A DNA stretch of 64,000 nucleotides from an uncultured Parachlamydiaceae bacterium. GTDB taxonomy: Bacteria; Chlamydiota; Chlamydiia; Chlamydiales; Parachlamydiaceae. Both the position numbers and the translations under genes were made by a program. Under the pieces are notes generated by a model. It worked only from the letters and a program-made list of their open reading frames with translations. It did no database searches and was not told the origin of the DNA. The stretch spans positions 32,001 through 96,000 of the forward strand of contig CAVVXH010000002.1 in NCBI GenBank assembly GCA_963752155.1, given 5' to 3'. This document shows positions 10,102-19,429 of this stretch, one piece after another. Numbering within the stretch: the stretch's first letter is position 1; the number at the start of each line of letters is the position of its first letter.

Positions 10102-10931
10102 TGAATGTCCCTTCGGAACAAGAACTTGAAGAATTTTTAGCTACCGCCCTAGAAGCTGCAGCAGCAGCTGGAATTATTTTACGTCAATTCTGGGGAAAAA
10201 TATTAAATATACAAGAAAAAAGTCATCCAGGTGATCTCGTCACTATAGCAGACCACACGGCCGAAGAAAGAATTATCGAATTTTTGCATGATCGATATCC
10301 TCATCATGCCATACTTGCAGAAGAATCAGGAGCACGATATATTAGCGGTAATCCCGGTGAAAGTAAGTTCACATGGGCGATTGACCCGTTGGATGGAACG
10401 ACGAATTACACACACCAATTTCCCGTGGTGTGCGTTTCTATAGCTTTACTTCTTGACGAGATACCAATTGTAGGAGTTGTCTTTAATCCAATTACCGGAG
10501 AGCTCTTTCATGCGACGAAAGGGGGCGGCGCTTATTTGGATGCACTTCCTATCAAAGTTTCAAGCGTGTCCGAAATTTCCCGCAGTTTACTAGCAACAGG
10601 TTTTGCCTATGATAGAACTGTAAACGTGAATAACAACTTAGCTGAATTCTGTAAGCTTACACTTCTTTCTCAAGGTGTTCGTCGAATGGGATCTGCTGCT
10701 TTAGATCTCGCCTACGTAGCCGCAGGTAGATTGGATGGTTACTGGGAGACAAATTTACAGCCTTGGGATGTTGCAGCAGGCTCTCTGCTTGTGACCGAAG
10801 CAGGGGGCCTTGTGACTGATTATGACACATCTTCCTTCAAAATTTATTCAGGGCGCATTCTTGCCACCAATAATCTTCTTCATAAGGCTCTAAGCACTGT
10901 TTTAGAACAAGAAAAAAAATCGCCTAAATGA
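10101..10931 (+). CDS. suhB: Inositol monophosphatase family protein
   Basis: DLVTIAD, ILAEES, WAIDPLDGTTNY, RRMGSAALDL, WDVAAG. Confidence 0.92.
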   Translation: MNVPSEQELEEFLATALEAAAAAGIILRQFWGKILNIQEKSHPGDLVTIADHTAEERIIEFLHDRYPHHAILAEESGARYISGNPGESKFTWAIDPLDGTTNYTHQFPVVCVSIALLLDEIPIVGVVFNPITGELFHATKGGGAYLDALPIKVSSVSEISRSLLATGFAYDRTVNVNNNLAEFCKLTLLSQGVRRMGSAALDLAYVAAGRLDGYWETNLQPWDVAAGSLLVTEAGGLVTDYDTSSFKIYSGRILATNNLLHKALSTVLEQEKKSPK

Positions 10932-11683
10932 TAACGATTAAAATTCGCATATTTATTTCTTGGCTATTTATTTTTTTGATTTTTGCAAATTGTTGTGCTG
11001 ATTTCGAAGAGGTCGACAAATGGCTTTTACCTAAAGCTCATCCTGCTTCTACTATTTTGGATAAGTTAATAAAAAATTCTAAGATGTTTGACAGTTTAAC
11101 ATCTTTAGAGAAAAAGGGGTTCACTTCTGCAATTGAACCGGAAAACGTGAAGCCGTGGTCTATTTTTGTCATTTCTCATCCAAAACTTAAAGATTATTTG
11201 ATCAAAAAATATTCGAACGATGTTTCGAGTAAAAAGCAATTGGAGAACTATTTGGCAAGGCTCAGAGGAGCTAAAGTCATCGCAGATTATATAAAAGACT
11301 ATCAACTTAAACATATCGTTGTGCCCAAAAAATGGCTTTATAAGCTTAAGAATGGGAAAGAAAAAAATGCAAATTTTTTATTGCTTGTTGAAAAGCTGAC
11401 TATTTGCCCAGGTGGCTATTGGGGAGGGGAAACTCTAGAGAGATACCTCAACATGCCATTTTCAATGGTTGCTGAGCTATGTCAAATTCTTCACGCTATA
11501 AAAGGATGCGATGCGTGGCCGCAAAACCAACCTGTTACCTATACTGATAAAATTGCCTTTATCGACACCGAGCATGTGGGGTGTTCTCCAGGGGATTTTT
11601 TACAAAACATTGTACCTTATATAAATCCTCATTTCAAAGCGCATGCTCTACAGCTATGGGAGGAACTAGGTGAATGTCCCTAA
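10928..11683 (+). CDS. Hypothetical exported protein, possibly protein-kinase-like fold
   Basis: Signal-peptide-like N-terminus; YLIKKY, VVPKK, LLVEKL, DAWPQN and IAFIDTE occur in kinase-like order. Confidence 0.5.
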   Translation: MITIKIRIFISWLFIFLIFANCCADFEEVDKWLLPKAHPASTILDKLIKNSKMFDSLTSLEKKGFTSAIEPENVKPWSIFVISHPKLKDYLIKKYSNDVSSKKQLENYLARLRGAKVIADYIKDYQLKHIVVPKKWLYKLKNGKEKNANFLLLVEKLTICPGGYWGGETLERYLNMPFSMVAELCQILHAIKGCDAWPQNQPVTYTDKIAFIDTEHVGCSPGDFLQNIVPYINPHFKAHALQLWEELGECP

Positions 11684-11694
11684 AGGCCAATTAA

Positions 11695-12519
11695 TTATTT
11701 GTCTCGCTGAACAAATTGAATAAGACGACATTTATGGCTAAAGGGAGGATTTCGTGTGCTGTCAGTAAACACGTATATTTCTTCAGCATTTAGTAATTCT
11801 TCGTCAGAAGAATCAGAAGTGATAGCTTTTCGTGGCAGATTCTTTTTTTTCATGATCTCACGACTAAATCGCATTAAAATTCTACCTTGATATCGCCCCA
11901 AGTACTCAAACCTTGTAAAATCTGTAGCGATTAAAAAATCGTACATTCTACGGACATGAGATTCTTGACTCACGTGCCCCTCATAATACATCGTCTCTCC
12001 AGCAAATCGAGAGAGGTTGGCTATGACAGCAGTTTTATTAAAAAACTCAGAAGTATCCAAAACGGCAAGTAAAAGGACCGTGTCCACTTTTGGTAAAGTA
12101 GCTAAAAGAGCTTTATTTTCTATGTCGCCTGAAAAGAAATAGGCTCTTGAAATATCCAGTCGAGATGCATTTTCTTGAGCTCTTTTGATGCAATGAGGAT
12201 TGTACTCTACTCCATAAACTTTGAAGGCACCAAGTGTTCTGCAAGCAAGTAATACACCTCCATCATTGCATCCAAAGTCCATGATGAGCTTTCCTTCAAT
12301 ATCCGATGATCGAAATCGCAAAGCACGTTCGAGGCTTTCTTCTCGATTGCTTTTTTGGTAAGACCATTCAGGAGCACCGTAGCTTGGGTTTTCGACTGTT
12401 TGATTTTTCACACAGTCCTCTTGCGCATTATAACGATAGAGATTTTTTGACGTTGCTTTTATTTCGCTGGAAAAGAAGAGGGAGCTTAGGAGAGCCAAAT
12501 AGAAAATTAAACATCGCAT
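11695..12519 (-). CDS. Class I SAM-dependent methyltransferase with N-terminal signal peptide
   Basis: Motif I IMDFGCNDGG and VYGVEYN; probable ATG at 12519 after a GGAG RBS. Confidence 0.75.
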   Translation of the reverse strand: MRCLIFYLALLSSLFFSSEIKATSKNLYRYNAQEDCVKNQTVENPSYGAPEWSYQKSNREESLERALRFRSSDIEGKLIMDFGCNDGGVLLACRTLGAFKVYGVEYNPHCIKRAQENASRLDISRAYFFSGDIENKALLATLPKVDTVLLLAVLDTSEFFNKTAVIANLSRFAGETMYYEGHVSQESHVRRMYDFLIATDFTRFEYLGRYQGRILMRFSREIMKKKNLPRKAITSDSSDEELLNAEEIYVFTDSTRNPPFSHKCRLIQFVQRDK

Positions 12520-12711
12520 AATATATCTCCGAAAAAGGGCATTCAGTGAACACAATCTAACACAAGTCTATTTTATTTTCATTTTGTTGAATAACAAAAC
12601 CTGAGCCTATCTGGATCGGGAGTCAAATAACGTTTGCCAAATCTTTTTTTTGAAACCTAGAACCTAGAGGCTCCAATCTTGAAAATAGCCTTGCCATTTC
12701 TTCCTCCCCCA

Positions 12712-13460
12712 TTTCCGGATTCGAAATATGTGACTTCTAATTAAGTATGCACCCCTGATTATGGAAGTCACATATTTTGGCTCCGGAAAAGATTGAGTCA
12801 AAAGCATGATTCCGATGCATACGCATCAGGATAAGGATAAAGATAAAGATAAGGATAAGGATAAAGATAAGGATAAGGAAAAAGGAAATTAAAATTTTAT
12901 TACCTTATCCTGATGCGTATGCATTTCGAGTATATAGTTTGACACGTTCTGTTGCTACTGTGGATCAACGGTAAAAAACGATAAAAACGATAAAAACGAT
13001 AAGAACGATAAGAACGATAAGAATGATAAAAACGATAAGAACGATAAAAACTATAAAAACGATGGAAAAAGTCTGGTTGGGAAAACCGTAATCGTGGAAT
13101 TAAAATGTTGTGAAAGTTTGGTTCAATTATTCAACTATTTAAAAGTTTCTTCTGGAAACTCAACTTTAAATCGGTTTGTTACTAAATTTCCGACATAGGT
13201 AATTGGAATGACTTTCGTTTTTATCGTTTTTATCGTTGTATCGTTTGCATCGTTGATTACGTCTACATAAAAAAACAGATCCCGACAACGTCGTGAATGG
13301 ATGTTAATTTCCTTATCCTGATGCGAATGAATTTCGATTTTGAGTGTAGCCACGTAGCCTCTAAATAGTCTAAACCACTTTTCAAAGATAGTTTTTATAG
13401 TTTTTTATAATTTAGTGGTTCAATTTGCGCAATTTCTTAGCTATAACGATTTCACACAGT
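12712..13460. repeat. Composite repeat element, copy 1 (hairpins, 6-mer and 9-mer microsatellites, GxxExxY remnant)
   Basis: 14-bp IR at 12724-12737/12764-12777. 22-bp perfect IR at 12815-12836/12903-12924 around (GATAAR)n. About ten AARAACGAT units at 12974-13063 with inverted units at ~13215-13250. 13040-13380 is homologous to 32213-32650. Confidence 0.85.
13071..13211 (+). pseudogene. GxxExxY-family protein C-terminal remnant
   Basis: Translates across indels to VGKTVIVELKCCESLV..QLFNYLKVS..IGLLLNFRHR, the IVELK...QL.NYLK...GLL.NF pattern of this family. Confidence 0.65.
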
Positions 13461-13466
13461 TTACGT

Positions 13467-13560
13467 TAATCGGGCAAAATCTATCTAAATTTTATAGATT
13501 TTGCCGAGTTTAAACACTAATCAGGCAAAATCAATCCAAATTCCATAGATTTTGCTCGTT
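13467..13560. promoter_or_regulatory. Two tandem palindromes upstream of ATPase (candidate operator)
   Basis: GGCAAAATCTAT-N9-ATAGATTTTGCC within 13467-13510, and a degenerate copy at 13518-13560 (51-bp period). Confidence 0.55.
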
Positions 13561-13620
13561 TGGATTTTCAAATGGGCATTAACTATGTGTACAAAAATCT
13601 AAAAATTTGATATTATTAAG

Positions 13621-15096
13621 ATGAATCAAAATGAAGAGGTAACCATGTCTGATTTCTTTTTTGGCAGAGAAACAGAGAAAAAACAATTAAATGAGCTCTA
13701 CACATCAGACAGGGCTGAATTTCTGGCAATCTATGGGAGACGTAGAGTAGGGAAGACTTATTTGATTACTGAATATTTTAAAGATAAAGGGGTTTATTTT
13801 GAGATAACAGGCAGTAATAAAGCCTCAAAATCTGAACAACTTAAAAATTTCTATCGAGAATTCACCGCTCTTTTTTCTAATCAAGAAGCTAGAAAGCCTC
13901 CAAGTGATTGGGGAGAGGCTTTGCATCTTTTAAAAGAAGCCATTACCAAAATACCCAATACTCAAAAAGTTATTCTATTTTTCGATGAACTGCCTTGGTT
14001 AGCATCTCCAAGATCAGGATTTCTTGCCGCTCTAGATTATTTTTGGAATAGGCATATTTCTAGAATGAAGAATGTAAAACTGATTGTTTGTGGCTCAGCA
14101 GCTTCTTGGATGATTCACCATATTATTCAAGATAAAGGAGGATTATATGGACGGTTAAGTTATCAGATGCGCCTGGAGCCTTTTACTCTTGCCGAAGTCG
14201 AGCAGCTCTTATCTATAAAAGGAATTAGGCTTGACCGTAAACAACTTATCACTCTTTACATGGCAATTGGTGGTATTCCTAAATACTTAAATTTTGTCAA
14301 ACCAGGTTTATCTTCTTCTCAGTTAATAGATGAACTTTGTTTTAAGCCTCAAGGATTTTTATTTCAAGAATTCCCTAAACTTTTTGGATCTCTTTTTGAG
14401 AACGCAGAAAAGCATATTAAAATTATTAAACTACTGTCGAACAAACGATATGGACTTACGCAAACCGAAGTTTTGCATCTAGCTGGACTTCCTATAGGTG
14501 GCCATTCTTCCTCAATACTTGAAGAATTGGAAGAGAGTGGCTTTATCACAAGTTTTCCTGAATATGGAAAAAATATAAAGGACAAGCGTTGGAGGCTGAC
14601 AGATGAGTATTCATTCTTTTATCTTACTTGGATTGAAAATATGCGAAACAGTGTCTTACGCCACAGCGATCCTGAGTATTGGATGAAAGCTCAATCTTCT
14701 CATCAATGGTTGACTTGGTCCGGCTACGCATTTGAAAATATCTGTTTAAAACATATCCTAAACATAAAAAAAGCTCTAGGACTAGCTGGGATAAGTACTA
14801 TTGAATCCCAATGGTCTTTTAAAGGTAGTGAAAATGAAGAAGGTGCACAAATTGATCTTGTTATAGACAGAGCAGATAATTGCATTAATTTATGTGAAAT
14901 TAAGTTCTGTAACGATATTTTCGTGATGACAAAAAAAGATAAAGAAGCCCTCTTAAGAAAGCAAAAAGTATTTCAAAGAGAGACTAAAACTCGAAAAACA
15001 CTCTTTACAACGATTATTACGCCTTATGGGACAGAGGAAAATATCCATTATCTAGGAACTATTCAGAAACAATTGACAATGCAGATTTTGTACTAG
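13621..15096 (+). CDS. AAA/archaeal-type ATPase with wHTH and C-terminal PD-(D/E)XK-like domain (paralogue of 3766-5196)
   Basis: FFGRETE, YGRRRVGKT, FFDELPW, GGIPKYL, QIDLVIDR...CEIKF. Confidence 0.9.
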   Translation: MNQNEEVTMSDFFFGRETEKKQLNELYTSDRAEFLAIYGRRRVGKTYLITEYFKDKGVYFEITGSNKASKSEQLKNFYREFTALFSNQEARKPPSDWGEALHLLKEAITKIPNTQKVILFFDELPWLASPRSGFLAALDYFWNRHISRMKNVKLIVCGSAASWMIHHIIQDKGGLYGRLSYQMRLEPFTLAEVEQLLSIKGIRLDRKQLITLYMAIGGIPKYLNFVKPGLSSSQLIDELCFKPQGFLFQEFPKLFGSLFENAEKHIKIIKLLSNKRYGLTQTEVLHLAGLPIGGHSSSILEELEESGFITSFPEYGKNIKDKRWRLTDEYSFFYLTWIENMRNSVLRHSDPEYWMKAQSSHQWLTWSGYAFENICLKHILNIKKALGLAGISTIESQWSFKGSENEEGAQIDLVIDRADNCINLCEIKFCNDIFVMTKKDKEALLRKQKVFQRETKTRKTLFTTIITPYGTEENIHYLGTIQKQLTMQILY

Positions 15097-15102
15097 TACA
15101 CC

Positions 15103-15147
15103 AAACAGCAATTCTCGCTAAAATTCGGGGGAATTGCTGTTTTTTTT
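15103..15147 (+). terminator. Hairpin with U-tract formed by a collapsed copy of the GCAATTC element
   Basis: AAACAGCAATTC (15103-15114) / GAATTGCTGTTT (15131-15142) followed by a T run, between the convergent ATPase and murJ genes. Confidence 0.6.
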
Positions 15148-16692
15148 GTAAAACATTCTGACGATACTTGAAAAGGAACCCAACGCAAAAATTCCTGTAA
15201 ACAATACCGCCAGGGTCCCTAAATAAATCCCCTTCTCGAAGATGGAGTTTCCAATAGGAATCAGATCTGAGAGCCACCATGACGAAGCAGACGCAAGTAA
15301 CAAAGACCACCCAATTTGATAAACCCCTCCCCTCATTGCTTCGAGAAAGACTGTTCGTGTTAATGTATCCATTGAAGTAATTAAATGGCCTAGATTATAG
15401 ATCGAACTTAGACTTGTGGCTATAGCTATGCTAGGAGTCATCCAACCAAATCCAAAGATAAATAACATATTTAGGCATAGATTTAATATCATTGCATTGA
15501 CTGAAGCTGATGTAGGAATCCGATAATTATTTTTAGCGTAAAATATCGGGGCTGCAATAAGAACTAACGCCATGGGAACGAGGCCTAAAACATACCCCCA
15601 AAGACAATGCGTTGTACCTGCAATAGAGTCCTTTCCAAAGTCCCCGTAACCATACAAAAGATCAATGCTGCGACGACCAAAAAGAAGCAAGGCAATGGTC
15701 ATTGGCAAAATAAAAATAATGACGCACTCGATGGCACTTTTTAGTAAAAGGTGAGAATGAGCATCTTCAGATTTTTTAATTGCTCGCGTTAAAGGAGGCA
15801 AAAGAGCTCCCGAAAGTCCGATGCCAAATAAAGCCAAAGGCAACTGTTGTAGGCGTATGGCATACCATAGGTATGCAGGCCCGGAGCGATCAGCATACGC
15901 TGCAAAGAAGGTGTCACATAGGCTGTTTATTTGCGTGGCTCCAATACCGATCATTCCTAAGAAAAAGGGTTTCCAAAGTTTAAGTAAATCTTCAGAGAAA
16001 ACATTTTTTGGTAAAATTAAACTAAAGTTAGGTTTGGTATATTTGCACACGATAGAGATCACTTTGGGCAAAGTCACTAGCCATTGACAGCAACATGCTA
16101 AGACGATGCAAAGGGCTAGTTTCGGCATGGCTTGGGATGGAGTCAAATGGTGCAACAAAAGGACTCCAATGATCCAAATTGCATTAAACGCTACAGGAGC
16201 AATACTGGGAAGGAAATAGCTTTTTTCACATTGCAGTAAAGCTGCATTAAGCCCTGATAAACAGATAAAGATCAAGCTTGGCAGCATCAGCAAACTTAGA
16301 AATACGATCTCCTGGATCGATGAGGACCAACCTGTCAGATATCCTTGAAAGGCTCCGTAGCCTAAAAAGACAAATCCCACTAATAGACAAAGAAATAAGC
16401 TCAATACAATATAAAGATGGATGAACAAAGCTGTAGCTCTTTCGTGAGAGTTTTTCTGGCTTCGCAGAGTTTCAAAATGTGGAATGAAAGTGGATTGCAG
16501 AGTGCTTTCTCCAAAAAGACGACGCAACAAATGCGCTAAACGAAACGCTACAAAGAATCCTGCTAGGGCTGGATCGGTCCCAAAAGCAAAAGCCATGGCA
16601 ATATCTCGCAATAGGCCGCTTATTCGACTTAATAATGTGCCGGAAAAAAAGCTTGCGGCAGCTCGAACCATCCTTCTAGGAGAATCTTCCAA
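15118..16692 (-). CDS. murJ: Lipid II flippase MurJ (MviN)
   Basis: SRISGLLRD, AFRLAHLLRRLFGE, YAIRLQQLPLALFG; many TM helices. Confidence 0.92.
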   Translation of the reverse strand: MEDSPRRMVRAAASFFSGTLLSRISGLLRDIAMAFAFGTDPALAGFFVAFRLAHLLRRLFGESTLQSTFIPHFETLRSQKNSHERATALFIHLYIVLSLFLCLLVGFVFLGYGAFQGYLTGWSSSIQEIVFLSLLMLPSLIFICLSGLNAALLQCEKSYFLPSIAPVAFNAIWIIGVLLLHHLTPSQAMPKLALCIVLACCCQWLVTLPKVISIVCKYTKPNFSLILPKNVFSEDLLKLWKPFFLGMIGIGATQINSLCDTFFAAYADRSGPAYLWYAIRLQQLPLALFGIGLSGALLPPLTRAIKKSEDAHSHLLLKSAIECVIIFILPMTIALLLFGRRSIDLLYGYGDFGKDSIAGTTHCLWGYVLGLVPMALVLIAAPIFYAKNNYRIPTSASVNAMILNLCLNMLFIFGFGWMTPSIAIATSLSSIYNLGHLITSMDTLTRTVFLEAMRGGVYQIGWSLLLASASSWWLSDLIPIGNSIFEKGIYLGTLAVLFTGIFALGSFSSIVRMFYKKNSNSPEF

Positions 16693-16944
16693 GGGCTTTC
16701 CTTGACATTTGTTTAAGCTTTGCTTTGGATGTTTTCATCAAAATCCTCTTCATGATACACACCTAAATCTTTTTGGAAAATACCACTATTTTTTTTATTT
16801 AAGTTTCTCTTGATGCAATATTTTCCCATCGTTAAAATGACTTATCAGAGCCACGACTATGGCATTACAATGAGTTTTTTGCAAATATTTTCTTTCAAAT
16901 TTGCAATTTTCTCTATATTTTTAAAAATCCACTCGAGGTGAACA

Positions 16945-17982
16945 ATGATGAGCACTCACTCAAAATTAAATCCAATGAGCCAAGCGATACACGACAGCAA
17001 AAGTCAAAAACATCGGCAACTCCTTGGGCAATTGCAGGATCTTATAGCGTTTCTTAACAAAGTTGTCATGGGACAAGAAGAATTAGTCAATCGTTTAATT
17101 ATTGCTATCCTAGCCGATGGGCATCTCTTAGTCGAAGGGGCTCCAGGGTTAGCTAAGACTCGTGCGATTAAAGCATTAAGTCAGGGTATTCAAAGCAGTT
17201 TTCATCGTGTACAATTTACACCCGACCTTCTGCCTGCAGATCTCACAGGGACCGAAATCTATCGAATGGAAACGGGCAGTTTCGAATTCCAGCAGGGGCC
17301 TTTATTTCATAACTTAATTCTAGCAGATGAGATCAATCGTGCTCCAGCCAAAGTTCAATCAGCCCTTTTAGAAGCGATGGCAGAGCAACAAATCACTGTT
17401 GGTAAAAAAACTTACTCATTGCCAAAATTCTTTCTGGTGATGGCTACCCAAAATCCTATTGAGCAAGAAGGGACCTACCCTCTTCCAGAAGCACAACTCG
17501 ACAGATTTCTTTTAAAAGTTAACGTGGGCTATCCTGATCCTAAAAGAGAAATTGACATCTTAAATCTTGTTTTGAACGAGGCAAGTCACAGTGCCCCGGA
17601 ACATTCGACTTACGTCCGGAAATTGACTCAGGATGAACTTTTTGATGCTCGGGAAGCTGTCTTAGATATATTCATGGCCAAAAATATCCAAGAATATATT
17701 GTTCAACTCGTTTTGGCGACGCGCAATCCGGGAAAATATGGAAAAGAGTTTGCAGAATGGATTCAGTTTGGCGCTAGTCCTCGTGCAAGTATTGGTTTGG
17801 CTCGTTCCGCAAAAGCATTGGCTTTCTTGCAAGGAAGTGATTTTGTCGGTCCCGAACACGTACAAGCCCTGGCTCATGATGTGCTCCGTCATCGCATTAT
17901 TCTATCTTACCGAGCTGAAGCAGAAGGGGTTACTCCAGATCTCTGTATTAATGAACTGATTGCAAGAGTACCGGTGCCATAA
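16945..17982 (+). CDS. moxR: MoxR-family AAA+ ATPase
   Basis: HLLVEGAPGLAKT, QFTPDLLPAD, ADEINRAPAKVQSALLEAM, ATQNPIEQEGTYPLPEAQLDRF. Confidence 0.95.
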   Translation: MMSTHSKLNPMSQAIHDSKSQKHRQLLGQLQDLIAFLNKVVMGQEELVNRLIIAILADGHLLVEGAPGLAKTRAIKALSQGIQSSFHRVQFTPDLLPADLTGTEIYRMETGSFEFQQGPLFHNLILADEINRAPAKVQSALLEAMAEQQITVGKKTYSLPKFFLVMATQNPIEQEGTYPLPEAQLDRFLLKVNVGYPDPKREIDILNLVLNEASHSAPEHSTYVRKLTQDELFDAREAVLDIFMAKNIQEYIVQLVLATRNPGKYGKEFAEWIQFGASPRASIGLARSAKALAFLQGSDFVGPEHVQALAHDVLRHRIILSYRAEAEGVTPDLCINELIARVPVP

Positions 17983-17983
17983 A

Positions 17984-18916
17984 ATGATAAGCTTACAGAA
18001 AAAACGAACAGGCCTGCAATGCGTCTCTGTTGAGCTTTCAGAATTACTTCAGCTGGCAAGCAGTGCAAGGCAATTGAAATTATCAGCTCTACGCTTTGGC
18101 AGATCCCAAGGGGGCCAAAACTTGTCTCGATTTTTGGGACGTGGAATGGAGTTTGCAGAAAGTAGGCTCTATCTTGCCGGAGATGACATCAGAAATATCG
18201 ATTGGCGAGTGACAGCGCGTACTGGAAAAGCCCACACAAAGCTCTTTACAGTTGAAAAAGAAAGAGAAGTTTTGTTATGGGTCGACATGCGAGCATCAAT
18301 GCATTTCGCGACTCAGGGATCTTTTAAGTCTGTTCAGGCTGCTTTATTAGCGGGTTATATTTCGTGGAATGCCATACAAACAGGGAATCGTTTAGGCGGC
18401 ATGATCTTTGATGATTCTGGTCATATTGAATTTCGGCCAAAACTTGGGAAAAGGGGTCTACTGCCATTCTTGCAAGGAATTGCTGAAAAAACAACCTATA
18501 AGGAGAACTCAAATAAATCTTCCACCTGTTCTTCGATGGATGGACCGCTTGCCGGAATTACTCAAGTGGCTAATTCTGGAAGTTTAATCTTTGTCATCAG
18601 CGACTTTCGCAATCTCACTGCTGATGCCGAAGATCAATTGATTCAAGTCTCAAAATATTGCGATCTCTGTTTATGTTTTCTCTATGACCCTTTCGAGGCC
18701 TCTTTACCCAAAAACGGTTATTTTCCTGTTACTGATGGAATAGGTGAACTCCAATTAAATACGTTCAATAGACGTAGTTTAGAACAATACGAACAACAAT
18801 TTATGCAGCGCAAAAATAAAGTTGAATCGTTGACAAGACAACGACACGTTCATTTCATCGAATGCAGTACTCACGATGACTGTTTCGAGTTACTCAGCAA
18901 AAATTTTTGTAAGTAA
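17984..18916 (+). CDS. DUF58 protein
   Basis: GRGMEFAESRLY.GDDIRNIDWRVTAR and ISDF; directly after moxR. Confidence 0.9.
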   Translation: MISLQKKRTGLQCVSVELSELLQLASSARQLKLSALRFGRSQGGQNLSRFLGRGMEFAESRLYLAGDDIRNIDWRVTARTGKAHTKLFTVEKEREVLLWVDMRASMHFATQGSFKSVQAALLAGYISWNAIQTGNRLGGMIFDDSGHIEFRPKLGKRGLLPFLQGIAEKTTYKENSNKSSTCSSMDGPLAGITQVANSGSLIFVISDFRNLTADAEDQLIQVSKYCDLCLCFLYDPFEASLPKNGYFPVTDGIGELQLNTFNRRSLEQYEQQFMQRKNKVESLTRQRHVHFIECSTHDDCFELLSKNFCK

Positions 18917-18928
18917 AAGGAGGCAGCT

Positions 18929-19429
18929 TTGAATCGTTCCACACTCGCATCCATGCCTTCTTTAACGGAGCTTCCTCTAAGAGATATACATCTACCGTCT
19001 CCTATCTCTTGGTGGCCTCCTGCACTAGGTTGGTGGATCTTGTTTGCCGCATTCATCCTTATCTTGTTGATGGCTATTTTTTTCATTTGGTACTACTTTA
19101 AACCTACCTTGAAAAAGCAGGCTAAAAAGCAATTATGTGCTCTTGAAAATGGGTTACAACGTACAGGAAATGCCTCACATTGTCTCTCCGAAATTTCGAT
19201 CTTTTTGCGAAGCACTGTTCTTAGTCAGAAAGATCCAATGCCTCCTGCAAGTCTTGCAGGCCTTACCGGAGTCGCCTGGCTGACATTTTTAGATCAAACT
19301 CTAGAGACTCCTGAATTCAGTCAAGGCGTCGGTAAAATTCTATTAAAAGGTCCCTATCAGCCCCATGCTGAACAAGAGGACGTCATTCAATTAATTCAAC
19401 TTTGCCATAAATGGGTGGATCGGCTGTGA
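18929..19429 (+). CDS. DUF4381-type protein of the Bat operon
   Basis: LRDIHLP..ISWWPPALGWW and ASLAGLTGVAWLTFLD. Confidence 0.85.
   Translation: MNRSTLASMPSLTELPLRDIHLPSPISWWPPALGWWILFAAFILILLMAIFFIWYYFKPTLKKQAKKQLCALENGLQRTGNASHCLSEISIFLRSTVLSQKDPMPPASLAGLTGVAWLTFLDQTLETPEFSQGVGKILLKGPYQPHAEQEDVIQLIQLCHKWVDRL

Noticed and set aside
12815..13560. CRISPR array
   Set aside because: The repeats are 6- and 9-bp microsatellites or two-copy palindromes without unique spacers, and no cas genes are present.
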